A DNA stretch of 64,000 nucleotides from Callorhinchus milii (taxonomy: Eukaryota). The DNA lies in NCBI RefSeq assembly GCF_018977255.1, contig NW_024704742.1:82028001-82092000 (forward strand). Reading direction: 5' to 3'. The number at the start of each line of letters is the position of its first letter. Position 1 is the first letter of the stretch. Made by a program: the position numbers and the translations under genes. Shown piece after piece: positions 53,446 through 64,000 of this stretch. The notes under the pieces were generated by a model. The model saw nothing but the letters and a program-made list of their open reading frames with translations, ran no database searches and was not told the DNA's origin.

Positions 53446-54248
53446 TCTAATAAACTGTTGGAACAGGCTTGACGGGCTGAATGGCCTCCTCCTGTTCTTG
53501 TTTTCCTAAGTTTGTAATAGAACCTTTACCCAGGTGAAAGCATGGCTGGGTGGGAAAGCACAATAAGATAGGTTATGTATGGTTGAATGAGCCAAAAGTG
53601 CTTAATCAGCCAAATGTTCATTATTCATTCCATGTGTTATTTCTTGTTGACCCTCACTTATGTTCTCTTCTCCTCTCATGGGGATGAGTGACTGCTTTTA
53701 TTTTTGTTTTCTCCTCCATACAATTCCATGAACACCAGTTTGCCCTCCAGTTACTTCATTCAAGAGTCCATCATTCATGCATGAGCATCGACAGTGAGTA
53801 TCATTAAGATAAATGACTTGGGAGTGGAAAGAAAGCGTCTCAATCGCCTGAACCTGTCCTGTCACCCAATTTCTAAATGAGGTGTCAACCTGGCTCAGTT
53901 GGTGACATTTTTGTCTCTGAGGTAGAAGATTGTGGGTTCAAGCACTGCGTTGAAATTTTGAAATCACAGAGTTCAGGCTGACACTCCAATGCAGTGCTGG
54001 GGGTGTGTTCTTTAAAACTAGTAATTATGACTTGATTGAAAACATGCAATACTTAAAGGCATCAAATAAGTCTCCCACTAAACACTGCACTTTGCAGTAT
54101 ATTCTGTGCGACACTTTAGCATGTCCTCCCAATGTGAAAGTTGCTGTACTCCTCCTCCACAACCGAGTCACAGTGGATGGACTTGCTGGTTGTCTAGTGC
54201 CGGTTAGCTAGATTTACTCTGATGCTTTTTGTTGAGTTATCCCAATAA

Positions 54249-54595
54249 GGAGTCCTGTAGCGTATTGGTTAGAGCTCTCGCCTCGCAAGGAAGAGTACCC
54301 CGGTTCAATTCAGTGGCATGCGAACCTAAGACAAGGTTCCTTACTCTACATGTCTGTGTTTACCTAGCAGTAAGCAGTTGTTAGTCAATTGATGGATTGC
54401 TTTCCGGGGGTAATAATACCTTTTTAAAAAAAATTGTTCATTCAATCCATGACTGTTTGTTGGATACTGTTGTGCACGATTTGCTGCCGCGTTTAGCCCA
54501 CAAAATATAGACAAATCACTTTAAAGTATATTCTATGAAGTGCTTCAGGCATCTCAATGATGTGATAAAGCATTGTATAATGCAAGGATTATTAT
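54249..54595 (+). mobile_element. SINE (long subtype), full length, diverged
   Basis: Head ggagtcctgtagcgtattggttagagc; long central segment; tail. Confidence 0.88.
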
Positions 54596-55029
54596 AATAG
54601 CCAGCAAGTAAATCTAATTTTTGTTCAGCGAATGTTTATAGAAAATCCCATGCATCACATGTTGTAAAATGTGTGCATTTTGAAAGCTGTAGACACACTT
54701 AAATGGTTGCACAGTAATTCCTCCAGTTTTTTACTTCAGCGCCATTTCATTTACATTCATTAGCTTCGTAACCCATTTTGTCACACTTTCTCAGAAACAT
54801 TACTTTCCCCCAAAATACATGAAACTCTCAAGAGAAAAATGGTAACAATTGAAAATCGTTTTAGCAGCGGGTTGCAAAATGCTCTAAATGCTGTTGATGC
54901 TAATTTTCTTTTCAGTCTCCGCTGAGCATTTTGTTAATTTCTATCGTGTCTGAGGTTATGTTGCCTCCAGATATGTGGTTAAGAGAAGACACATCTTGGA
55001 ACAGGTAGCCACCTCTGAGACAACAGCTT

Positions 55030-55320
55030 GCATTGTCAGAGATGCTGTGCTTCAGGTGAAAAAAGTCCCCCTTTGCCTATTCAGTTGGATGTTAAAGATG
55101 CCACGGCACTACTTGAAAAGAGAAAGGAGTTTTTTTCTGGTGTCCTGGCCTACAGTCTTCCAGATAAAACTGATCATTCACTTCATGGCTGTTTATGGGA
55201 TATTGCTGTGTGCAAATTGACTGCTGATTTCACATACAAAATAAACAGTAAAATCCTGTGAAGCACATTTTACTCGATATGAAAGATGCTTTATCAAATG
55301 CATGTATTATTATCATTATC
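55030..55320 (+). mobile_element. Older DeuSINE-type SINE
   Basis: Deu core cagttggatgttaaagatgccacggcactacttgaaaagag. Confidence 0.8.
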
Positions 55321-55604
55321 ATTGTTATTATTATTATTTTTGACATCAGCATCATCAGTACATTTTGCTATGTTAATTTGATTCCAGTATTGATAAACAT
55401 GCCAAGTGGTTGGTCAGTGAATGCAGTATTGACAGCAACCTATTAATACTCATTGGAAGGGATATCCTGATGAAAGCCCAAGTATATCCACATTACAAAT
55501 TGTAAATGTTAAATCAGTTCACCTTTATTTGAACTAAAACTGATTATTAAAGTTAACATGGAACAACATGTAAATCTTTCTTTAATATACTGTAGTTAAT
55601 ATAC

Positions 55605-55840
55605 AGTGCCTTCGCCTTGCTTCCTCCCTCTCCTCCTTCAAGGCCAGTCTCAAGACCTTTCTCTTCAGCCATGCCTTCAGCTCCCCTCTCGACTCTCTAC
55701 CCCCTCCTCGCTCCCTCCCTTCTCTCCCCTCACCCTGACCATTACCCCCTGCTTGGGTCCCGACCCAACTGTCCAGCGCCTTGGGATGTCCTCCCGACGT
55801 GAAAGGTGCCCTATAAATGCAATCTTGTTGTTGTTGTTGT
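55605..55840 (+). mobile_element. L2 LINE 3' end
   Basis: gggatgtcctcccgacgtgaaaggtgccctataaatgcaatc(ttg)n. Confidence 0.88.
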
Positions 55841-56329
55841 CTTGACCCAGCATCCAATGCCCAAATGGGACATTCTTTTTCTTTTGTTTCTTTCTTGTTT
55901 CTTTACTAATTTCTCTCTCTTTCTCTCTTAATTTTCTTCTTGTTCCCTCGCTTTTGCTCCCTTTGTGGAGAAAGGCACACCAGGAAATAGTTGTCACAAT
56001 TCCTGTGGTGTTAGCAGGCCAGCAGCAAGCCCGATATCTTTTCCACCGTCTGACTTCCTCTGATGTCTGCAGTTCGGTCTCAGTGGTGCTTGGTGCTAAA
56101 GTCACAGGAAGCTCTAAATACTGACAGGCAGCAGCAACAGCTATCACCCTTTCGTGGCCAGTAAATGCTTCAGATCCAAAGTCAGAATTGCTGCCTTCCA
56201 CAAGAAACACAGCCAATAGCTTAACACCACCAATTGTGCCCTCATGAACATGACTTTGGTGATCGACCATGCAGATCTCAAAGATACACCTCTCTAATCC
56301 TTGGAAATTTTCTTCGAGTGCCCTCCTTA

Positions 56330-57210
56330 TGGCTTATGCCCTAGCCTGGTTTGAATCCTACTTCTCCCACTGTATCACTTTGTCACCACTAACAGCTTCT
56401 CCTCCAGCCTCTGCACCGTCACGTGTGGCATCCTTCAGGGCTCTGTCCTTGGCTCTCCTTTTCAATATCTATATGCTCCCCCTTGGTGAGATCATCCGCA
56501 GACATGGGGTCAACTTCCATATGTATACGGATGACACCCAACTCTATCTCAATGCATCCACCCTGAAAGAATGTCTGTCGGACATCAAGCTTTGAATGAG
56601 AGCTAACTCTCTGCAGTTGAATGTCAACAAGACCAAGGTCCTCCTGATTGGCTCCCATCAGTGCCTCAGTATCTCAGGTGCTGACAGCATCACCATCTAT
56701 GGATGCACTCTACATCCCACAGTGCCAATATGGAACCTCGACATCCTGTTTGACCTACAACTGTCCTTCAAACCCCACATCCGTGCCATGACCCACTCCA
56801 CCTTTCCCCACCTCACCCACCTGGCACACAAAGGATAAAGTTCAAGATCCTGGTCCTCACTTTCAAAGCCCTCCATGACCTTATTCCCCGCTTTGTCTGC
56901 GACCTCCTAAATCCCTACCAACTTGACCACTCCCCCCTTTCACCATTGGTGCACGGGCCACTCTGCCCCCACCCTCTGGAAAACTGCAGTCCCTCTGCCT
57001 CGCCCCTTTCCTTGCCTCCTTCAAGACCCATCTCAAGACCCTCCTCTTCGACCGTGCCTTCGGTCACTCTCCTTCATCCCCCCACCCCCTGCCCTTCACC
57101 CTCCCCGATCTCAAACCCGAGCTCGGGTCCAAAACATTGATTGTCCAGTGCCTTGGGACATTCTCCCGACATGAGAGGTGCTCATATGAACGTAATTTTC
57201 TTGTTGTTGT
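56330..57210 (+). mobile_element. Internally deleted L2 LINE (RT through 3' tail)
   Basis: LFNIYMLPLGEIIRRHGVNFHMYTDDTQLYL; NSLQLNVNKTKVLLIG; FKILVLTFKALH; (ttg) tail. Confidence 0.92.
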
Positions 57211-57211
57211 T

Positions 57212-57475
57212 AAGCCTGCAGCGTGGTCCGCCGGGCTGCACTCTGGCCGCCAGCAGCCCGGCAGGTGATTTTATGCCACTCGCAACCATTTTCAACTTCC
57301 ACTCCCACCCTCCCTGGTGAATATCCTCCCAGAGCAGCGGCGGGAGCTGGCGGTTGAGAGGATGCAGCGCGGAGAACCTTTACAGCAGTCTGTCAGGAAG
57401 GCAAACGCGGCTCTTATCAACCATGTCCTTAGCCAACAACTACTGACTGCTGTCGCTGCAGATAGTGACCCATGC
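57212..57475. promoter_or_regulatory. Small CpG/GC-rich unique patch, candidate promoter or first-exon remnant
   Basis: About 14 CpGs in ~260 bp against a CpG-depleted background; matches none of the repeats recognised here. Confidence 0.35.
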
Positions 57476-57477
57476 TT

Positions 57478-57758
57478 GGGAGAGAGATTGAGAGGGAGGG
57501 TGTGGGGGGGAGAGAGGGTGGGAGGGGAGAGAGGAGGGAGAGGGAGAGAGAGAGGAGAGAGTGTATGTGTGTGAGGTAAGAAAGGGGAGTGAGAGAGAGA
57601 CTGTGAGAGTGTGAGGGGCAGTGTGTGGAGAGATTGAGAGAGAGCGAGAAATTGTGAGGTGGGAGTGGGAGAGTAAGTGAGGGAGAGGGGGAAAGAAAGA
57701 AACAAAGAGGTGGGGGTGGGGGGAAAGAGAGGGTCATTGAGAGAGAGTTTGAGAGGGG
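57478..57758. repeat. GA-rich polypurine low-complexity tract
   Basis: gagagagattgagagggaggg... pattern. Confidence 0.9.
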
Positions 57759-57759
<1 letters not shown>

Positions 57760-57801
<42 letters not shown>

Positions 57802-58100
57802 TCCTTGCATTTGATATAGCGCTTTTCACATCTTCTAGATGTCTCAAAGCGCTTCACAGAATATGCTGTAAAGTGAATGGACTGTATAGTTGTGGGTGAA
57901 ACGCGGTAGCCAATTGCGTACAGCAATGTCCCACAAACAGTCGTGGATTGAAGTGACCAATTTATTATTGTTTGGGGTTTTGGAGGGATTATTATTAGGC
58001 GTGTGGAGTAAGGAAACTTGCCCAACGTTTCGCCCTCTGCCTGGAATTGAACTCAGATCCTTCGCTTGCAAAGCGAGTGCTCTAACCACTGAGCTACAGG
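57760..58100 (-). mobile_element. Young full-length SINE (short subtype) with long (TAA)n tail
   Basis: Near-consensus; about 13 TAA units. Confidence 0.95.
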
Positions 58101-58676
58101 TTAGACCACCCTTGCTGAAGATGTTGTCCATCTTCCTCTGTAACGCTGGTATCACATATCACGTGCCTCCTCTGTTGTCTTGGAGTCTGTGTTCTCCAGG
58201 CAGCTGCACTGCCTTATCAGTTAATTCATATTTCTTCATGGAGTTTGGGCCCATGTGTTACTCAGCCTTCATGAGCTATCTGCCTCCTGTGTGCATGTCA
58301 CGTGACGGTATCTGAATCTTGTGATCTGGCCATGTGCCACTACTAGAGTGCCATCTACTGTGCGGTGTGATTGCGGATGTCTTCCTCAGGAGCTTTCCAC
58401 CCTCATGTTTCCTTTGTGGTTCATGCATATTGAATTCAGAATATTTCATTCAAATGTCTCACACAGCTGTATTCGTTACAAAAAAAAACAAGCAACCTTT
58501 AAATGACCGGCACTTTCAACATCATTCGGACCTTCAAGTATATAAATCAGAGAGAGAGTGGGGGAGGGAGAAGGAGAAAGTCTATAAGTTTAATAACATT
58601 TATCACTTTAAAAAGTTCAACAAATGTATTTCTCCGCAATACATCATATGAATAATGTATGACTTTCTTGTCTATC

Positions 58677-59165
58677 AGCCTGGCTCAGTTGATAGAAATC
58701 TTGCCTCTGAGTCAAAAGGTTGTTAGTTCCAGCAAATGTCCAGACTTTCAGCTCACACGTTCCATTACTGATGCATCAATGCCGTGCTGGGAGAGGGCAG
58801 CATTGTCAGAGGTGCTATACTTCGGAGGACATATTAAGATCGGTTGAGATGGACATTTAAGATCCCACAGCGCTATTAGAAAGAGAAGTGAGTTTTTCCC
58901 AGTGTCCTGGCCAACTATCCCCCAGATAAAATTGGTCATTCACTTTGTGGCTGTTTGTGAGACTTTGCTATGGGTAAATTGGTTTCTGCATTTGTCTACA
59001 AATTACAACAACAACAAAATTGCATTTATAGAGCGCCCTTCACGTTCCAAGGACATCCCATGAAATCCCAAGGACAGTCAATACATCCCATGAAATGCTT
59101 TGAAATCTTTTGATGACATGATAATGTGCTGTATCAAAAGCAAGGATTATTATTATTATTATCAT
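58677..59165 (+). mobile_element. Older DeuSINE-type SINE with a short inverted L2 tail inserted (~59007-59065)
   Basis: Head gcctggctcagttg...gcctctgagtca; Deu core; tail. Confidence 0.8.
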
Positions 59166-60462
59166 CATGTCCTTTCTCAGTTTGTCCAGTTCGTCATCCA
59201 CTGTGTCCTATATGCCATCTTATAGCTTAATAACAGAAGAAATGTCCTCTCAGTTTGCGGTTATGAACTTAAGATCTAGGAAATCCTGTCCTATTGTGGC
59301 CACAGTGCTTGCAAACCAGTGTTGCCAGTGAAAGGAAAATATAAATAAACACTTGTGAAAAAAATAACATCTGGCTCAGCCTTTATTACAACACTGATCA
59401 TTGTTGAATTTGATAGACAATCTCTTTTCCACTTTACTTCTAAAACAAAATCAATGTATCACTTGGGTAACTGAAGCTTTGTACCTTTGTCAATTTTTCT
59501 TTGTCAATTTACAGCCATCAGTGTAACACTGAGGAAGTGTTTGCAGTGGAGTAAGTACTGTAAATTTGAGCAAAATTTGTATCAGCTAAGTGCCAAAACA
59601 CTTCACTGTAGCTTAGTTATAAATTGCAATTTGAAACGTGTTACTCCGTTTGAACAGCATGCTGAAGACATTATTTTACATGTTTAGAATATTGCAATGG
59701 AAAAGTAAGACTGTCAGTAAAAAAAATGTATTGGGTTCCTGTCACTGTACAATACATAGTATCAGTTACCAGTTACTTGGAAAGTAAATGTGTTGTACTG
59801 TCACATAACTTATTTCTCATTTCAGATCAATCAGTTTCTTACCGTCCTTTTTTATGCATAATAAATAATTCTTGCATTTGATATAGCGCTTTACCATATG
59901 GTCAAATGGTCTGAAAGTGCTTCACAGGATTTACTGTGGAATGTAGTGACTGTGTATTTGTTGTCAGACCTTGTAAAGGTTACTGTCTTCCCACAGATGC
60001 TGTTCCATTGCCTCCTATGTGGCTGCACACTGAGAATCCTTCCCTTCCACCCAAATAGGTCCTTCTGATGTGTGGTTCCTCTCGAATAGAACACACACTC
60101 TCTCCCTGGAGAGACACACCCTGTTCTATTTAATTCTGGAAAGTATCAGGCAAAGATTGGGGCGATCCAAGGCTCAGGAACCCAGCTAAAAAACTGCAAT
60201 GCCCTCTTCCCACTGCAGAAATCACTACTTTACTGATTTAGGTCGGACATTCGGGAAAGGAATTGCATGTTGATGAAAATAACTAAGAGAGTGTCAGTGA
60301 AGCTTAGTTCATTTAATCTGTTCATCACCAGAACGATTTACCGAACAAACTAAAGTCCATTGCAAGATTATTGCACTAAATAAAAAAATTCAAACCTCTT
60401 GTGTAACAGGGAACCTGGTGTGGATTTTCAAGACATGTGAAGAAAGGCTTTAAATTTTATGT

Positions 60463-60836
60463 GGAGTCCTTTAGCTCAGTGGTTAGAGCATTCGCCTTGC
60501 AAGCAAGAGACCTAGGTTTAATTCCTGGCAGGGCAAAATATTGCGTAAATTTCCTTACTCCACACTCCTCTGTTTACCGAGCAGTAAGTAGGAATCCAGT
60601 TGTTAGTCGATTTGTGGATAGCTTTTCTGAGGGTAGTAATTCTTTGTTAAAATGAAAATTGGTCATTTTAATCCACAACTGTGTGTGGGACACTGCTGTG
60701 TGTGATTGGCTGCTGCTTTTTGCCCACAAAATATACAGTCAATTAAATTTACAGTATATTCTGTGAAGCGCTTTGAGACGTCTAGAAGACATGCAAGGTG
60801 CTATATCAAATGCAAGGATTATTATTTATTATTATT
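60463..60836 (+). mobile_element. Full-length SINE (long subtype)
   Basis: ggagtcctttagctcagtggttagagcattcgccttgcaagc...ctctgtttaccgagcagtaag...tail. Confidence 0.93.
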
Positions 60837-62202
60837 TGAAACATCATATTTGCTCTGACTTTGAATTATTGATCCTTACTTTTACTATTAGAGTCACTTT
60901 GGAAACTAGTTTTTTTCACATAATATGGCTCTTGAGAACATCACAAAATCAACGGGAAATAAATCTTGATATTGATTTTGGTATCTCTCATTCAAAATAT
61001 TTGAAATAAAAAGCTAAAGGTTGAATCCTACATACTGGAGCACTGGTGTAGTGGTGGATCCAACAGTTACCTTGTTGCAGTTACAGTAGCAATACCGGCA
61101 CAGATATATAGGAGCGTGTGAAACCTACGAGGTAGTGGATGTGGATGATAAACCCAACTGAAGCTTTCAAACTCTGTTGCTACATTCTTACTCTTGCCAG
61201 CATCATTCCTCACTCTTAGACACCAGCAAGGAAGTACTTGCACTTTTATGGTGTCTTATTACGTTAAATACTGCATCTCAAAGTGCTTCACAAGTAATTA
61301 CTGTCAAGTATAGCAATTGTTTTTCTTTCTAAATGCAGCAGCCATTTGTGCCAGCAAGATCCTACAACCAGCAACAAACTCAGTGACCAGTTAATCTGGG
61401 GGCGTGTTGATAGAAGCTGCAAAATGCTTCGCTCTCTATTCAAATCATGCCATGGGAATTTCACCATTCATCTAAACAAGCAAAGTGGATCTCAGTTTAA
61501 CATTTTCTCTAAAACTTATAGCACATCACCCCAATTTTTAAGAAAATAACTCTGGCTTTGCTCTATTATGTCTCTGTAACTCCCAGCCTGATGATTGATC
61601 ATGACCACTCTACTCGCTCTTCTCAGGGTACTGCCCACTTCTCTGACCTCTGAATATCAAACTGACTTTAAAATATTAACATTAGAATCAATTCAAAGGA
61701 ATCAAAGACCTTCCCCCAAAAAAATATTTTTTAAAAAATCTGCAAAACATATTAAAGAGAGATCGAAAAGGAAGATTTTTTTCTAGGTCAGCCTGACACA
61801 TTCAGACACTATGCTTAAGAGTATTCAAACCAGAGTGAGTCTGGTCTTTCAAGTCCTGCTGATGAGACAGGCTGGCTGGTCCATCATCATCAGTGTCCTC
61901 GAGAAGTGCAGACCCGCCTGGCTCAGGAAGTTGATCACCGAGACCACCACAGAGGGTTGGCTGAATTTCGACATTCCATTGCCAAGCACTTCACCTTGGA
62001 GCCAGAGACACAATGCTAATTTGGACTCGCTCCCAGATATCCCTGGGCTGTATAAGTGACTGAGCCATTATTCCTCAGGTGCTGAAGCTGATATTTTGGC
62101 AGCAACAATTCCATGTGTAATGGATAATAGATGAACATTTCCATTTAAATATACAGAGTGCATTCACTGATTATCCGTAATGTTTCTGACCTCTGTGATC
62201 AT

Positions 62203-62570
62203 AATATTCCTTGCATTTGATATGGCGCCTTTTACGCCAGGCGGGCATCTCAAATCAATTCACTGGATTTACTGTAAAGCGGAGTGACTGTTTGTTTGTA
62301 GGCAATCACAGCAGCCAATTTTACACAAAGCAATATCGCATTATTAAGTGAATGACTTTTTTTATTTTGGTGGCGTTGTTGGCCAGGATTCCCTTCTCTT
62401 TTCGAATATCTTGAACAGGCAACCGGAACCTCGGTTTACATCTTATCCAAAGGATTGCACCTCCAACAATGCAGTACACCCCTAACTTAGATAATATAAA
62501 TTCCAAGTCAAAAAGTGGAGCATGAACCACAACCTTCTGATTCAGAGACGAGAGTGCAACCAGCTGAGAT
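62203..62570 (-). mobile_element. Older DeuSINE-type SINE
   Basis: Head ccacaaccttctgattcagagacgagagtgc on the plus strand; Deu remnants; tail. Confidence 0.78.
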
Positions 62571-63479
62571 ACATGCCAGTAGCTCATTCTGACACATGCC
62601 AGTAGCTCATGCTGGGAACTTTCCAAACCAGTGGGACCTGCCGACCAGCAGAGATGTGCTTGGCTTGCAAGATTAGTGAATGGTCAGAGAATTCCTCCCC
62701 ATCGCTCACTCACAATGTTGAAGTTTGTGCACTTTTTTTTATAATGCAAAGTGTAATTAAATCTTTGAACTGACAAACTCAGAATATTACTGACAACTGG
62801 ATGGATGATCAGTCTTGTATGTGAATTACACTGACACACAGTAACGATTCTTTCTCACTGTGACACCAAGGTGTCTTTCATTCTCCACATTTTTCCATCT
62901 GTTGTTATTTTGCCATTGAGGACAAGGAATTTAGGACATTGCCTTGCCATGGGAGTTCTTTAGTGCTGCATGACAATGTTTGTGTTGGTACATTAGTCGG
63001 TGGCCTTAGGGAGGCTATTCAAACTACCTAGACGTTTCAATAACAGGAAATGATTACCTTAAAAAGTACACAAGAGTCAGTAAAAGCTCTTCAATTCAAA
63101 AGACTTATGTTGAAATCATGAAGGTTGACCACAGGCAATCTCCCACAAGAGAGTAAGTCTGCTAAAGCTGTTGTTATGTTTTGCATGAATTTATAAATAT
63201 CAACACGTGGAGCTTGCATTTATATTGTGTCCTTCACATGGCTCAGTGTTTGGCAGAGCTTAACGGTGATGGAGCATGTCTCTGAGCCAGGGTTGTATTG
63301 TTTGTCAATCCACAACATAGTTTAACTTCAATAGATTCTTTATTTCAACCTTAACTTACACTCTCTTCAACACTCTGCCCAATCCCTTTCCAGAATCCTT
63401 TTATGCTTCCTGCTTACTTCTCATTGTCAATTAAGCCTTAAAGCAATACTCAAAAAGGGGAAGCAAGGAGATGACCGAG

Positions 63480-63740
63480 GGCATCATTCAGGTGTGATCT
63501 GAAGATGGGCAAGGAGGAGGCAAGGTGGAGTGATTGAGGCAGAGAGTTTGAGGCAGAGCATTCCAGAATTTCGAATCGTAGTGAAAGCTGTGAAAGATAG
63601 AATGGAGGGGACGAGATACGCAAGACACTGGAGCCAGCTGAGCAAAGAGGATTAGAGAGGAGTGGGTTATAAACAGGTCAGAGGTGTAGGGAGGTGCCAG
63701 GGCATGTAGTGATTTTTTCGTGGGTACGAGGGTCACTCAG
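63480..63740 (-). mobile_element. L2 LINE fragment
   Basis: KSLHALAPPYTSDL...FWNALP translation. Confidence 0.8.
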
Positions 63741-63786
63741 ATCATCAAGTGGAGTAATATTCACACCTTCTCTGATCAGAAAAAAA

Positions 63787-63902
63787 ATAAATAATAATAA
63801 TCCTTGCATTAGATATAGCGCTTTTCACGTTGGGAGGATGTCCCAAAGCGCTTCACAGAACACACTGTAAAGTGAATTGACTGTATATTTGTGGGCGAAA
63901 CA
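63787..63902 (-). mobile_element. Young 5'-truncated SINE tail
   Basis: Consensus tail on the minus strand. Confidence 0.9.
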
Positions 63903-64000
63903 AATATAGAATTATTGAAGAGTAGATTTCCTTCCAGCACACAATTATGAGACTGACAATGCTTTGAGAGACCAACAATAAGTGTGGTATAAAATATGTG

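Noticed and set aside
55677..56270. 197-aa minus-strand ORF
   Set aside because: Runs through a low-complexity tract into an antisense L2 tail; no recognisable domain.
57236..57289. Faint resemblance to ZC4H2 exon 1 (ATGG...AAATCA..TGC...AGAG..CAG)
   Set aside because: Only about half the bases match, it needs indels, and no GT donor follows.
57292..58025. 172-aa and 198-aa ORFs with poly-L and poly-Y
   Set aside because: Translations of a SINE, its (TAA)n tail and the GA-rich tract.
61787..62059. GC-richer coding-looking segment with splice-like signals
   Set aside because: No frame gives a recognisable protein, and no partner exons were found.
62571..62613. 23-bp tandem repeat acatgccagtagctcat
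   Set aside because: Two copies only, at a SINE boundary; a simple slippage or target-site duplication.
1..64000. CRISPR arrays, operons or other prokaryotic systems
   Set aside because: The DNA is vertebrate; the recurring repeats are dispersed SINEs, not regularly spaced arrays.

Overview
Repeat-rich, AT-rich vertebrate genomic DNA with no intact protein-coding gene that I can recognise. The tRNA-derived SINEs with Deu-type domains and tails, plus abundant L2 and CR1 LINE debris, suggest a cartilaginous fish such as a chimaera or shark (inference). Most ORF-track entries are SINE/LINE artefacts. Two dead genes hide in the unique DNA. (1) An intron-containing ZC4H2-like pseudogene on the minus strand: exons 2-4 at 24849-24678, 24190-24018 and 23706-23553 keep canonical splice sites and phases but carry three in-frame stops, and exons 1 and 5 were not found. 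(2) A highly divergent forkhead-box pseudogene on the plus strand (~34683-35011), with a ~956-bp solo-LTR-like element 290 bp downstream. Also present are two long inverted-repeat (MITE-like) elements, a near-perfect 149/150-bp tandem duplication, an older local duplication, and a CpG-rich patch with nearby E-box and CTCF-like motifs. Repeat boundaries are approximate. Protein comparisons use reference sequences recalled from memory, not database searches.
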